Source: a virus
Direction: 5' to 3' (one strand)
DNA length: 64,000 nt
Virus record (IMG/VR): IMGVR_UViG_3300031237_000251
The notes beneath the pieces were generated by a model that saw nothing but the letters and a program-made list of their open reading frames with translations, made no database searches and was not told the origin of the DNA. Shown one piece after another: positions 1 to 8,072 of the stretch. Position 1 is the first letter of the stretch. The number at the start of each line of letters is the position of its first letter. The translations under genes were made by a program, and so were the position numbers.

Positions 1-17
1 CCATTTACCCACCCTAC
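1..17. repeat. Right end of a REP doublet, cut by the window edge
   Basis: ...tacccaccctac matches the 3' end of the copies at 1827-1901 and 3607-3681. Confidence 0.7.
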
Positions 18-61
18 GACTAGTGGTTCAACTTATCAGCCGTGGAGGCGAACCGCATGAA

Positions 62-122
62 ACCTAACACTAGATTCCAAGAGACGCCGCAAGCGGCGCG
101 CCCCTGAGCTTCGACGTTATGC
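62..122 (+). other. Integron attC recombination site
   Basis: R'' ACCTAAC (62-68), inner imperfect palindrome GACGCCGC-AAGC-GGCGCG, R' GTTATGC (116-122); 61 bp. Confidence 0.8.
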
Positions 123-162
123 CAAAAACACACTCAACCCAGCGGAACCAAGAAGAAAATAA

Positions 163-428
163 ATGATCGAGAGTTTAATTATCGCCTAGGTATTAACCGT
201 AATAGCTTGCCTTGCGGTACTTCTCAAAAAAATAGTTCGCTAGCATTTTTCTGGGCGGACGTAACAATGATTACCGGTAGCGTTCTCACAGTGATCGGGT
301 TGATAACACTGGTTTCAACAGGGCTAACAGCTGCTCAAGAAACAGCAACCCAGTTAATTCTTATTACCGGCGAAGCAGTAGGAGGTAACTTCATTGCCCA
401 CGCCTTCACCTCTCACAGCAACGCATAA
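163..428 (+). pseudogene. Decayed cassette gene for a small membrane protein
   Basis: ATG at 163 gives MIESLIIA*VLTVIACLAVLLKK with an in-frame TAG at 187. A 1-nt-short A7 run (226-232) shifts into the hydrophobic frame of ORF 207-428, which ends at the attC R''. Confidence 0.65.
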
Positions 429-498
429 CAATTGGTTCAAACCGCTCGCCTCGCTCACTGGGACCGACTAAAGCCGGCCCATTAACCAAACGTTAGGA
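423..498 (+). other. Integron attC site (Pseudomonas chromosomal-integron type)
   Basis: GCATAAC-AATTGGTTCAA...TTAACCAAAC-GTTAGGA, 76 bp. Its R'' GCATAAC is exactly complementary to the GTTATGC that opens this cassette. Confidence 0.9.
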
Positions 499-508
499 AT
501 CTATCCAT

Positions 509-985
509 ATGCATCTGCCAACCTACCTTATTCTGATGGGCTCAGCCATCCTTTATGGTGTCGTGCGGGCTGTCGAGCTATGGCTTACGAATAAATTGCT
601 TTTTGCGGTTTCAGTGTTCACCACCTTGGTCACACTGACCGGTGCATTAATGCAGTCCGTAAATGCTGATGATTTCGAATTCAAATGGATGCTTTGGTAT
701 TTAATACCCGTTGGATTGTTGCTTCTCGGTGGTATTCTAGGCATCAACGAATTACAAGATGCTGCGCTTTCCAAGGTTGGTGTTCAACCGCCTTCGCATG
801 TTCTCCCTGGTGTAAGCAGTGACTACAAGCACGCCGCCTGGGGGCATTTTGCTTCAATGCTTTTTCCAATAGCAGCAGCACTCTTTGCGAAGTTGGTCCA
901 TTTTGGACTGAATAGCAGAAACACTGCCAAGCGCGTGGTGGTAGACAACGGCACAGCCTTGCCTACTAATGCCAACGATAGGTAA
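509..985 (+). CDS. Cassette-encoded multi-pass membrane protein, function unknown
   Basis: Starts 10 nt after the attC R'; about 4 hydrophobic segments; the 3' end reads into a degenerate REP copy. Confidence 0.75.
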   Translation: MHLPTYLILMGSAILYGVVRAVELWLTNKLLFAVSVFTTLVTLTGALMQSVNADDFEFKWMLWYLIPVGLLLLGGILGINELQDAALSKVGVQPPSHVLPGVSSDYKHAAWGHFASMLFPIAAALFAKLVHFGLNSRNTAKRVVVDNGTALPTNANDR

Positions 986-1010
986 TCATTGCACGAGCTA
1001 GCCACCCTAC
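935..1010. repeat. Degenerate GTAG-type REP doublet
   Basis: GGTAGACAACGGCACAGCCTTGCCTAC...GCCAACGATAGGTAATC...CCACCCTAC aligns end to end with 1827-1901. Confidence 0.75.
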
Positions 1011-1051
1011 CAACTCCAATCCACAATATAGATTTTACCTTGACAAGCAAA

Positions 1052-1807
1052 ATGCAAGAAAACCCTACAGAATTCGTGAAACTAAGAAACAGAGAGCTTC
1101 ACTATCACAAGGCTCTGCTCTTGAGAATGGAGCGCGAAAACAGGAGAAGGCGCCTAATTTTTATATCCTTAGCAATGCCGCTTTTCTCCCTGATGGCAGC
1201 ACTGTTCGCCATCCTTTTACAAGGAAAAGAACTGATAGAGAAGCGTGGACTCCAAAGAGACATATCCACAATCATCATTAACGGCGGCGACTTGTCAGCA
1301 GTTAAAAGATCACTTCAGTCCTACCCAACAGCAAAGCCCTGGGCAGTTTTCTTCCCAGGAAAATCCGAACTTTATAGCCGGGACATACCACTTTCATCAG
1401 TCTTATCAGACATCAGGATTGATGCATTTCGCAGTGGAAATACTGAGATCCTAAGCACTTTGGAACCGCTGATTCACGAGAACGAAAAGACAAACCCATT
1501 CGACAAGCTCCAACCAGGCCAAAAGGACTACTTTGAAAACATAATAGCCAAAATTGACGACGAGTATCCTAAGGTATCCAACGACTTAAACAGACTAGCC
1601 GAAGAGCTATACAGACAGAACATCTTAGTTGACGAATATCTTGGCGACTCTGAAAAATCCTTCTGGATATCAATAGTTGCCTTGCTTCTATCTTTGGCCA
1701 TGGGTGGGTACCAAATATTCTCCGCCAGACCAGAGGCCATGAAAAAACTATTCTTGAGCACTCTAGAGAGTGCAGGACCTGTTGCCCCTCAGAATAAAGA
1801 AAATTAG
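1052..1807 (+). CDS. Hypothetical protein with N- and C-terminal transmembrane helices
   Basis: AT-rich ORF. The track gives a TTG start at 989 inside the REP, so ATG 1052 is preferred. TM segments LIFISLAMPLFSLMAALFAILL and FWISIVALLLSLAMGGYQIF. Confidence 0.75.
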   Translation: MQENPTEFVKLRNRELHYHKALLLRMERENRRRRLIFISLAMPLFSLMAALFAILLQGKELIEKRGLQRDISTIIINGGDLSAVKRSLQSYPTAKPWAVFFPGKSELYSRDIPLSSVLSDIRIDAFRSGNTEILSTLEPLIHENEKTNPFDKLQPGQKDYFENIIAKIDDEYPKVSNDLNRLAEELYRQNILVDEYLGDSEKSFWISIVALLLSLAMGGYQIFSARPEAMKKLFLSTLESAGPVAPQNKEN

Positions 1808-1826
1808 CAGACAGGGTAGTAAGCGC

Positions 1827-1901
1827 GTAGGGTAGACAACGGCGCAGCCTTGTCTACCGATGCCAACGGTTGGTAATCGCTCCGCGGGCTACCCACCCTA
1901 C
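1827..1901. repeat. GTAG-type REP doublet (two inverted REP hairpins)
   Basis: GTAG foot plus GGTAGACAA/TTGTCTACC hairpin, linker GCCAACGGTTGG, inverted second hairpin ending CCCTAC. Confidence 0.85.
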
Positions 1902-2256
1902 GGCTAATCACCACGCCCCCAAATGCCCGCTCCTCCCCGCCGGACCTTTCGCTCTCTCCATCCCCCCCTTCAGGCCACCTGGGTGCGGTAGGTGTGCTCG
2001 CTGGAGAGAAAGCGACGGGCGAACCTCTAGCTGGCGGAGAGCTGAGAATCAATCGCTGCCTATGCGTAGTAGCTCATTGATATGGCTAGATCAGCCACCC
2101 CTGATGTATAACTGCCGGCCGTAGTCAGAAAGTCTTCGACACTCGAGACTAGATAGAGGAAGTAAATGTGATAATAAATCTCATACACTGCGCCCACCTA
2201 GGGAGTCAGGCACTAATTAGTACCCAAGGATCATTGTATCTCGAAGGAAATCTCGC

Positions 2257-2613
2257 TTGGACATGCATGATAAAGTAATTGCTGCCTTTATAGCCTGGAT
2301 GATCAGTAGCGCACTTATTATCTGGAGCACAAGAAAGCCATCCAAATATTTCACAACCCTCACCACAAGAATGCTTATCGCAGGAATTTGCCTTTTAACT
2401 GCAACAGTCCTTTTAAATTATTACACCAGCCAAATATATTACGACCACCAGAATTACTTAACAATAGCATCCGATGGCAAAAGAGGTTCTCTTGAAGAGC
2501 GTGCACTCCTATCCATGAAAAGCCTTATAGACCTCACAGCCCTTTTTTCTAACATATTTGGCGCAAGCATTGGCGGAAACTTGATCTACAAGGCCGCATA
2601 CTCAAAGGACTGA
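2257..2613 (+). CDS. Small membrane protein (about 3 TM), function unknown
   Basis: AT-rich hydrophobic ORF; C-terminal FGASIGGNLI motif resembles GEAVGGNFI in the 163-428 pseudogene. Confidence 0.7.
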   Translation: MDMHDKVIAAFIAWMISSALIIWSTRKPSKYFTTLTTRMLIAGICLLTATVLLNYYTSQIYYDHQNYLTIASDGKRGSLEERALLSMKSLIDLTALFSNIFGASIGGNLIYKAAYSKD

Positions 2614-2661
2614 AATAAGACAATACATATAACTGCCGTCACTTCGTTTGCTGAACAGCAA

Positions 2662-2745
2662 GTAGGGTAGACAACGGCGCAGCCTTGTCTACCGTTCCTA
2701 ACGGTTAGCAAGCAAGTAGGTTAAATAAGGACGCAGCCTTGTTTT
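2662..2745. repeat. Single REP hairpin (2662-2693) plus a second very degenerate copy (2716-2745)
   Basis: GTAGGGTAGACAACGGCGCAGCCTTGTCTACC is exact; GTAGGTTAAATAAGGACGCAGCCTTG is degenerate. Confidence 0.75.
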
Positions 2746-2900
2746 TTGGGTGAGCGGAACCGTGCGGGTTGGCGGACCGGTACAGGGACCGACAGGCTGA
2801 GAGACCGCCACAAACGGCCCGCCCATAATGGGTGCAAGCCATCCCGTGGACACAGAAAACCGCTCTAACGGCGGTCTGTGTCCGCCAACGAGCTCCGGGA
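2745..2900 (-). other. Structured phage-type c4/ash-like leader remnant
   Basis: Perfect 10-bp IR GTTGGCGGAC (2768-2777)/GTCCGCCAAC (2880-2889); stem GGACACAG/CTGTGTCC (2848-2883); minus-strand peptide ...IMGGP...GPPTRTVPLT recalls Ash-family ORFs (from memory). Confidence 0.4.
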
Positions 2901-2922
2901 CAGACCATCCTATCGTTCGCCT

Positions 2923-2968
2923 CGCTAACTGGACTATCAAAAGCTACGCTTTGGCTTCCCTGTTAGCT
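2923..2968 (+). other. Short degenerate attC-like site
   Basis: CGCTAAC...CAAAAGC-TAC-GCTTTGG...GTTAGCT; only 46 bp, shorter than canonical attC, but positioned just upstream of ORF 3010. Confidence 0.45.
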
Positions 2969-3009
2969 TAATCGCTAGTCTCTTTGGCCATCTGCCCTGG
3001 GAGATATAC

Positions 3010-3567
3010 ATGGCAACGAACAACGGCCCATATTTTAGGCATTTACACCAAGAATATACCGCCATGGCTGCGAGAGTCGACGCGTACTCCACTGGCACAT
3101 TTGATGATTTCAAACTCTTTGCCGCTTTGGGTGCCCTCCTTGCCTGGAAGCCCATCGCAGATAGTTTTAGTGGTTCAGAAAAGAAACCCATAGTGCTTTT
3201 CTTGGGCTTCTTAGCAATTGCCGCTTTAGTCGTAATCATGGAAGCCCGTTCACTATTGAAGCTTTCCCTGATTCGTTACTACATGGAAAGATTGAACGAT
3301 ATTGAGACTGAAATGATCGAGTTTTCTCCCAATAAATCGACAAAGGCATTTAACATCGCACACTGCTGGGACAATTGGTATGAGAAGATACATCGCCCCA
3401 TCGGGAAGCTTTACCACGCCTTCCTATATGGGACTATCGTATTCTTGCCGATGGTCATTATTGCCTTTTCCTACAGATCTCTGTTTCTGGCCTTTCTTTA
3501 CGTAGTAATTACAGCCACTCTCTGTATCAAACTCCACCACGCTGCATTGGCTCTCACGAGAAAGTAA
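3010..3567 (+). CDS. Cassette-encoded 4-TM membrane protein, function unknown
   Basis: AT-rich ORF with 4 hydrophobic segments, preceded by GTTAGCT and followed by GGCTAAC. Confidence 0.75.
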   Translation: MATNNGPYFRHLHQEYTAMAARVDAYSTGTFDDFKLFAALGALLAWKPIADSFSGSEKKPIVLFLGFLAIAALVVIMEARSLLKLSLIRYYMERLNDIETEMIEFSPNKSTKAFNIAHCWDNWYEKIHRPIGKLYHAFLYGTIVFLPMVIIAFSYRSLFLAFLYVVITATLCIKLHHAALALTRK

Positions 3568-3580
3568 TGCGCTGTTTGAT

Positions 3581-3600
3581 GGCTAACACGGAATTCAAGC
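3581..3600 (+). other. Left half of an attC, truncated at a REP
   Basis: GGCTAAC-ACGGAATTCAAGC resembles the R''/L'' start of 423-498; no L' or R' follows, and the REP begins at 3607. Confidence 0.55.
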
Positions 3601-3606
3601 AAGCAA

Positions 3607-3681
3607 GTAGGGTAGACAACGGCACAGCCTTGTCTACCGATGCCAACGGTGGGTAATCGCTACGCGAGTTATCCACCCTAC
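3607..3681. repeat. GTAG-type REP doublet
   Basis: Near-identical to 1827-1901; similarity continues downstream through a terminator-like hairpin AAAGGCCCG/CGGGCCTTT. Confidence 0.85.
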
Positions 3682-3980
3682 GACTGACCGCCACACAGCC
3701 GCTCAAAGGCCCGCCCCTCCCCGCCGGGCCTTTCGCTTTCCAGACACCACTCCCCCTTCACGCCATCTCCACTTACACCCGCCACACCGCCTATTTCTGA
3801 ACAGGACAGGGCACCTGCTTGGCCTTACCCCAGCGTGCCAAGCGCGAGACTTTTCATGCCTCTCGAAAAATTAATTACCTGCGGAATTGATATATAAATA
3901 ACCGGCGGATATAGTAGGTCATGCAGGCGATCAGCACCTAACAGATCGCGATTCTCTCCACCACAGAGATGAGGCCCACC

Positions 3981-4163
3981 ATGCACACCACCGCCACCCT
4001 GCACGTCCATCCGGCGTGCGCCTCCAACCGCCAACTGATCGAGCGCCTCCAGGCCGCGACCGGCCGTCTCGTCGTCGTTCGCGGCGGCAAGCCCAGGCTC
4101 AGCGAGCGCAAGACGCCCCTGCCCGCCCCCTTCGACCCGAACGACGGAGGGTTCGCCGCATGA
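3981..4163 (+). CDS. Small hypothetical protein typical of Pseudomonas phage or island early regions
   Basis: MHTTATLHVHP... with an RBS-like GAGG; ATGA overlap with the next ORF. Confidence 0.6.
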   Translation: MHTTATLHVHPACASNRQLIERLQAATGRLVVVRGGKPRLSERKTPLPAPFDPNDGGFAA

Positions 4164-4236
4164 GCAGGCTTCAGCTATCGGCCAATGCCGGCGTGCGTCT
4201 CAGGGCTCAACTGAACCTGAGCGGCACCTTCACCCA
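4160..4236 (+). pseudogene. 5' fragment of a hypothetical gene fused out of frame to the integrase
   Basis: ATG 4160 MSRLQLSANAGVRLRAQLNLSGTFTH, after which the sequence switches to the integrase frame. Confidence 0.5.
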
Positions 4237-5214
4237 TACTACTACCTGGGCAAGGACGAGAACGGCAAGCGCAAGGAAATCCCTCTCGGGACCGACCTCA
4301 ACGAGGCACGTATCGAGTGGGCACGCCTGGAGCGCACAACCACTCCGAAGGTCGTCCGCTTCATGAAGGAGCTATTCGACCGGTATGAGCGCGAGATCAT
4401 TCCCACCAAGGCTCCCCGCACCCAGGCCGATAACCGGACCGAACTGAAGAATCTGCGTAGGGCGTTTGACTCTGCTCCTATCGAGGCAATCACGCCGCAC
4501 ATAGTTGCCCAGTACCGAGATGGTCGCTCAGCGAAAACCCGCGGCAACCGCGAGATCGCCTTGATGTCCCACGTCTTCACGATGGCTCGTGAGTGGGGCC
4601 ACACCGACAAGGAAAACCCCTGCGCTCGCGTGCGGCGTAACAAGGAAAAAGCCAGAGGCTACTACGCAGCGGACGACGTCTGGTCGGCTGTCTACGCCCA
4701 GGCCTGCCAGGAACTGCGCGATGCGATGGATCTGGCCTACCTCACGGGCCAGCGGCCTGCCGACACCCTAAAGGCATGCACTGGCGATCTGAGTGGAGAG
4801 TTCCTGCTTGTGGCCCAGGGCAAGACGAACAAAAAGCTCCGTATCCGGCTCTACGATGGGGAGCGGGCGACAGGCCTTGGCCAGTTCATCGACGGATTGC
4901 TGGAAAGGCGCAAGCTTGCAGGCATAACCAGCTCCAGGCTGATCACCAACGCCGGAGGTCTGCGCCTGAGCTACGCCATGATGCGTAACCGATGGGACGA
5001 GGCCAGGTCGAAGGCTGCAGCCACTGCATTGGCGAACGGCGACGAGCCCCTGGCCCAGCGGATCAAACAGTTCCGCTTTAGTGATATCCGGCCGAAGGCG
5101 GCCAGTGAAATCGATAGCTTGACCGAGGCTAGCCGGCTTCTTGGACACACCAAGGAGCAGATCACCAAGACGGTTTACCGGCGTGTCGGCGAAGTTGTGA
5201 ACCCAACCCGCTGA
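4237..5214 (+). pseudogene. int: Phage tyrosine integrase lacking its native start codon
   Basis: Catalytic motifs GQRPAD, QGKT, SDIRPKAAS, LLGHT and VYRR are intact. Integrase-like YYYLGKDENGKRKEIPLG starts at 4237, but the first in-frame ATG is at 4363. Confidence 0.8.
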
Positions 5215-5275
5215 CGTCCGCATAGTGGAAACGATCCCAAAATAATGGAAATCGCATCTGCACAAGCTGGAAATG

Positions 5276-5309
5276 AAAAAGCCCCGTAGACCTGAATCTA
5301 CGGGGCTTT
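5276..5309. terminator. Bidirectional intrinsic terminator between int and the tRNA fragment
   Basis: AAAAAGCCCCGTAGA-CCTGAA-TCTACGGGGCTTT. Confidence 0.85.
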
Positions 5310-5314
5310 CATAG

Positions 5315-5361
5315 TGGAGGCCGAGGTCGGAATCGAACCGGCGTACACGGATTTGCAATCC
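5315..5361 (-). tRNA. 3' part of tRNA-Cys(GCA) acting as an att site; not a complete tRNA
   Basis: Minus strand GGATTGCAAATCC-GTGTAC-GCCGGTTCGATTCCGAC-CTCGGCCTCCA has the anticodon arm, T-arm and CCA; the D-arm and 5' acceptor strand are absent. Confidence 0.9.
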
Positions 5362-5404
5362 GATATAAAAAGCCAGGCATCACGCGGCTTACAGGCGAAG
5401 CGGC

Positions 5405-5476
5405 GTGCTAAAACGAAAAGAAAATAACGCCTCTGCAGGCCCCATTCTACGGGCCTCCCCGTTTGAGTTTTAGCAC
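5405..5476. repeat. 10-bp inverted repeat next to att, possible integrase arm-type sites
   Basis: GTGCTAAAAC (5405-5414) / GTTTTAGCAC (5467-5476). Confidence 0.5.
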
Positions 5477-5579
5477 TCTTTTTTGCCCCTCCTCCGCCCG
5501 TCCGGGCAATCAATTCCCTCCTGTAGAAACGCTCACTTTGCTACCCTAGACAGCTATCAATTTGCCACCGAAAACGCCC

Positions 5580-5762
5580 ATGACCACCAGCAGTAAGAGC
5601 GTCTTATCCGCCCTGGAGCAGGCCCAGGACATTCTCGCCAGATGGTTTGAGCCAGATGGAATATCAGCAGAGCAGGCCATGAATGAACTGTTGCCGATCT
5701 TGGATAACAAGAAGCTGGTGCGGGCGCAGCGCAAGCTTTGGCGTGAAATTGGTGATGACTGA
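5580..5762 (+). CDS. Small hypothetical protein
   Basis: MTTSSKSVLSALEQAQDILARWFEP..., amphipathic-helix pattern. Confidence 0.55.
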   Translation: MTTSSKSVLSALEQAQDILARWFEPDGISAEQAMNELLPILDNKKLVRAQRKLWREIGDD

Positions 5763-6255
5763 TCAGTCGAAGGCCGAAGCGCCGGTCTGCCGAGCGGAAT
5801 GAAGCGGCTCATCCTCTCCAGTCCGGACAACACTATCCCTTGCAGAAACGCTTTACACCAAGCGTAAACATCACCGCGCAGAGAGCAAGGCGGCCAGGAC
5901 AGGAAAGTTCTGGTTCCACGCCGCTCGTGGTCCTAAGCGGCCTGTCATGCCCGGCAGAAATCGGCCACTAGCAGATAATCGCTATACATCTCCCTCGACA
6001 CAAATGTCCTACAAGGATAATTTCTCGTTAGGCTGGCACGGTGCCACTGCCGTGCGCCCTTGGTTTACATCGTACAACTTGATTACTCAGTTGAAGCCTA
6101 TCTAGGTCGGAGGAGTTACATAAAAGCTTGGGAGCGCTTTGGCGTTACCGTTAGTAAGCATGGGGTTGGTTAGGGGCGGAGCACTTTGCTTGTGGCCCCT
6201 CCAAGCTACCGTCCTACTAACTTTGAAAAGGACAATTTGGATACGAGAAGATGCC

Positions 6256-7377
6256 ATGGTGGTGAAAAGAGATTCAGCATTTTACCGACGACTACAGTCA
6301 CGTAGGCAGGCGACCCCAAATATCAGCTCAAAGGAGACTAGCAGTAGTGGGTGGCGTGAGAAAGTTGCGCTACTGGGAGAATTGGCACAAATAATATTGG
6401 TAGTAGTAGCCGTATTTGGATATTTTTATACGGTCCGCCCGATTTATCAGAAAGATAGATTGGAAGAACAAGTGGCGGAATTTGAGGGATTGATAAAAGA
6501 GCAGAAGCCTAAGCTTGAAAGTTTGGTTGTCGAGTCAAATAGGCTTCGGTCAGAAAAAAATCAACTTAACGCAGAAAAAGAACGATTGATATCAGAGATA
6601 TCTAAAGCCCAGAAAGAAATGCTATTGGCAAAGGCTGAGAAAAAGAAAATCGAGGATCAAACTCAGTATATGGCTTATATGTATCACTTGCCAGATGGAA
6701 GGCCTGCAACTACTTCAGCTCAAGTTCTCGAGGTTCAGAAATTAAAGGTCCGCGAGAATTTCGCAAGAGGCACTCTATGGCAGTGCGAATTTAGGACGGA
6801 CGACGTTTTTCCAAGCCAGTATTTTGCGAAGGAGTCCGAAGAGGGTAGCGAATTTTTTCCCTTTACAGAGAAAGAAATAGAGTTATGGCGAAAGGAAGGA
6901 ACTGCTATTCCGGCTAAACGCGCGGCGAAGTGCCTAGAAGAGTTAGCGGTCAAATTTGAAAAAGCGAACGCCTCAAACCCTCAATTTTCAGGAACCGTTA
7001 AAGAAGTGGTTTCAAAGCTGCGAGTTAATTTGGAGGTGATCAGAGCTGAGAAGTGGAGCCCTCCAAGTAAGCCTGAGAATTTGATCAGTAAATTAAAGTC
7101 CACTATCCAGTCTGCGCGAGTGGAAAAAGATGCGGAAATAAAGAAAGTTAAGGCTGAGTACGGCGACTGGGAGAGCGTATGGGGAGATTCAAAAAGAGCA
7201 ATTTATAAAAATAACTATGAGGTCGGCCTGTCTAATGCAAAAATTACGGAATTTAATAAGATTTTTACTGCGAAATGGGAATCGCAGGGGGAGGCTAATA
7301 AGTTTAGAAAAAGCATGGATGAGGAAGTCCAGCGGCTTACAAAAAAAGCTACTGCCGGTCTATCGGTGTTGAAATAG
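6256..7377 (+). CDS. Membrane-anchored coiled-coil hypothetical protein (moron)
   Basis: AT-rich long ORF with one TM (LAQIILVVVAVFGYFYTV) followed by heptad-rich E/K sequence; start uncertain (track gives TTG 6139). Confidence 0.75.
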   Translation: MVVKRDSAFYRRLQSRRQATPNISSKETSSSGWREKVALLGELAQIILVVVAVFGYFYTVRPIYQKDRLEEQVAEFEGLIKEQKPKLESLVVESNRLRSEKNQLNAEKERLISEISKAQKEMLLAKAEKKKIEDQTQYMAYMYHLPDGRPATTSAQVLEVQKLKVRENFARGTLWQCEFRTDDVFPSQYFAKESEEGSEFFPFTEKEIELWRKEGTAIPAKRAAKCLEELAVKFEKANASNPQFSGTVKEVVSKLRVNLEVIRAEKWSPPSKPENLISKLKSTIQSARVEKDAEIKKVKAEYGDWESVWGDSKRAIYKNNYEVGLSNAKITEFNKIFTAKWESQGEANKFRKSMDEEVQRLTKKATAGLSVLK

Positions 7378-8008
7378 CGTTCCAAGTGGCTTCAGCTCGA
7401 GAAAATATATGACATCGCGCCGGATTCGCGATTGACCACCTGAATGACAGGCAAGATCGGGGCTGGAGGCAAATTCAGTGCCCGCTTCACGTCATATGGT
7501 CTTGAAGGACGACTTGGAAGACCTCCATGGCGATGTCCTTTGCGCTTGGGAGCCTGGGCAGAGCAAAGAGCCACCGACGCAAGAATTGATTGCGTGAATC
7601 GACCATAGATTCGTAGACGCCTTCAAACTGCTGTTTCTGGCCAGGAGCGGCTGCTTTTGGCCGCATCCTGCCCGTCGCCACTGTCCGCTTTGGGTCGCCT
7701 ACGGCCTGTCACGACTTTCGAGGATGAACAATCAATTTCACCGCGCAGACGCCTCCTGCGCGATGGGAGAGGAAGAGGCCTGCAGACGCTGCCGATCGAT
7801 GCACTCGAGCACTTGCCCGACGCAGCTCAGCCCCCCCTCCAGCGCATCGACAGCGGCGCGCCAGTCGTCATTGGTTTGCGGCGCTGAGCGCGCCGGCAGC
7901 CAGCATGAGGGCAGAGGGCAGCCGATCCGGACTGTGGTAGGCGGAGGGATCTGTAGTCGTTGCAGTAGGGACTACTGCTGAAGATCGGCGAGCCGAAGTG
8001 CTGAACGC

Positions 8009-8040
8009 AAAAAACCCCTGTCGGTGTGACAGGGGCTTTT
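8009..8040. terminator. Intrinsic terminator downstream of MCP1
   Basis: AAAAAA-CCCCTGTC-GGTGT-GACAGGGG-CTTTT. Confidence 0.8.
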
Positions 8041-8072
8041 GGTTTGGGGCTAGCCGGTGCCTCGCACCCAGG

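Noticed and set aside
935-3681. Repeats as a CRISPR array
   Set aside because: They are 75-bp double hairpins separated by whole genes at irregular spacing, with no cas genes.
5315-5361. Functional tRNA-Cys gene
   Set aside because: The 5' acceptor strand and D-arm are missing, so it is only an att duplication.
7400-7990. Short ORFs between the moron and MCP1
   Set aside because: Fragments in several frames with no recognisable family; probably decayed DNA.
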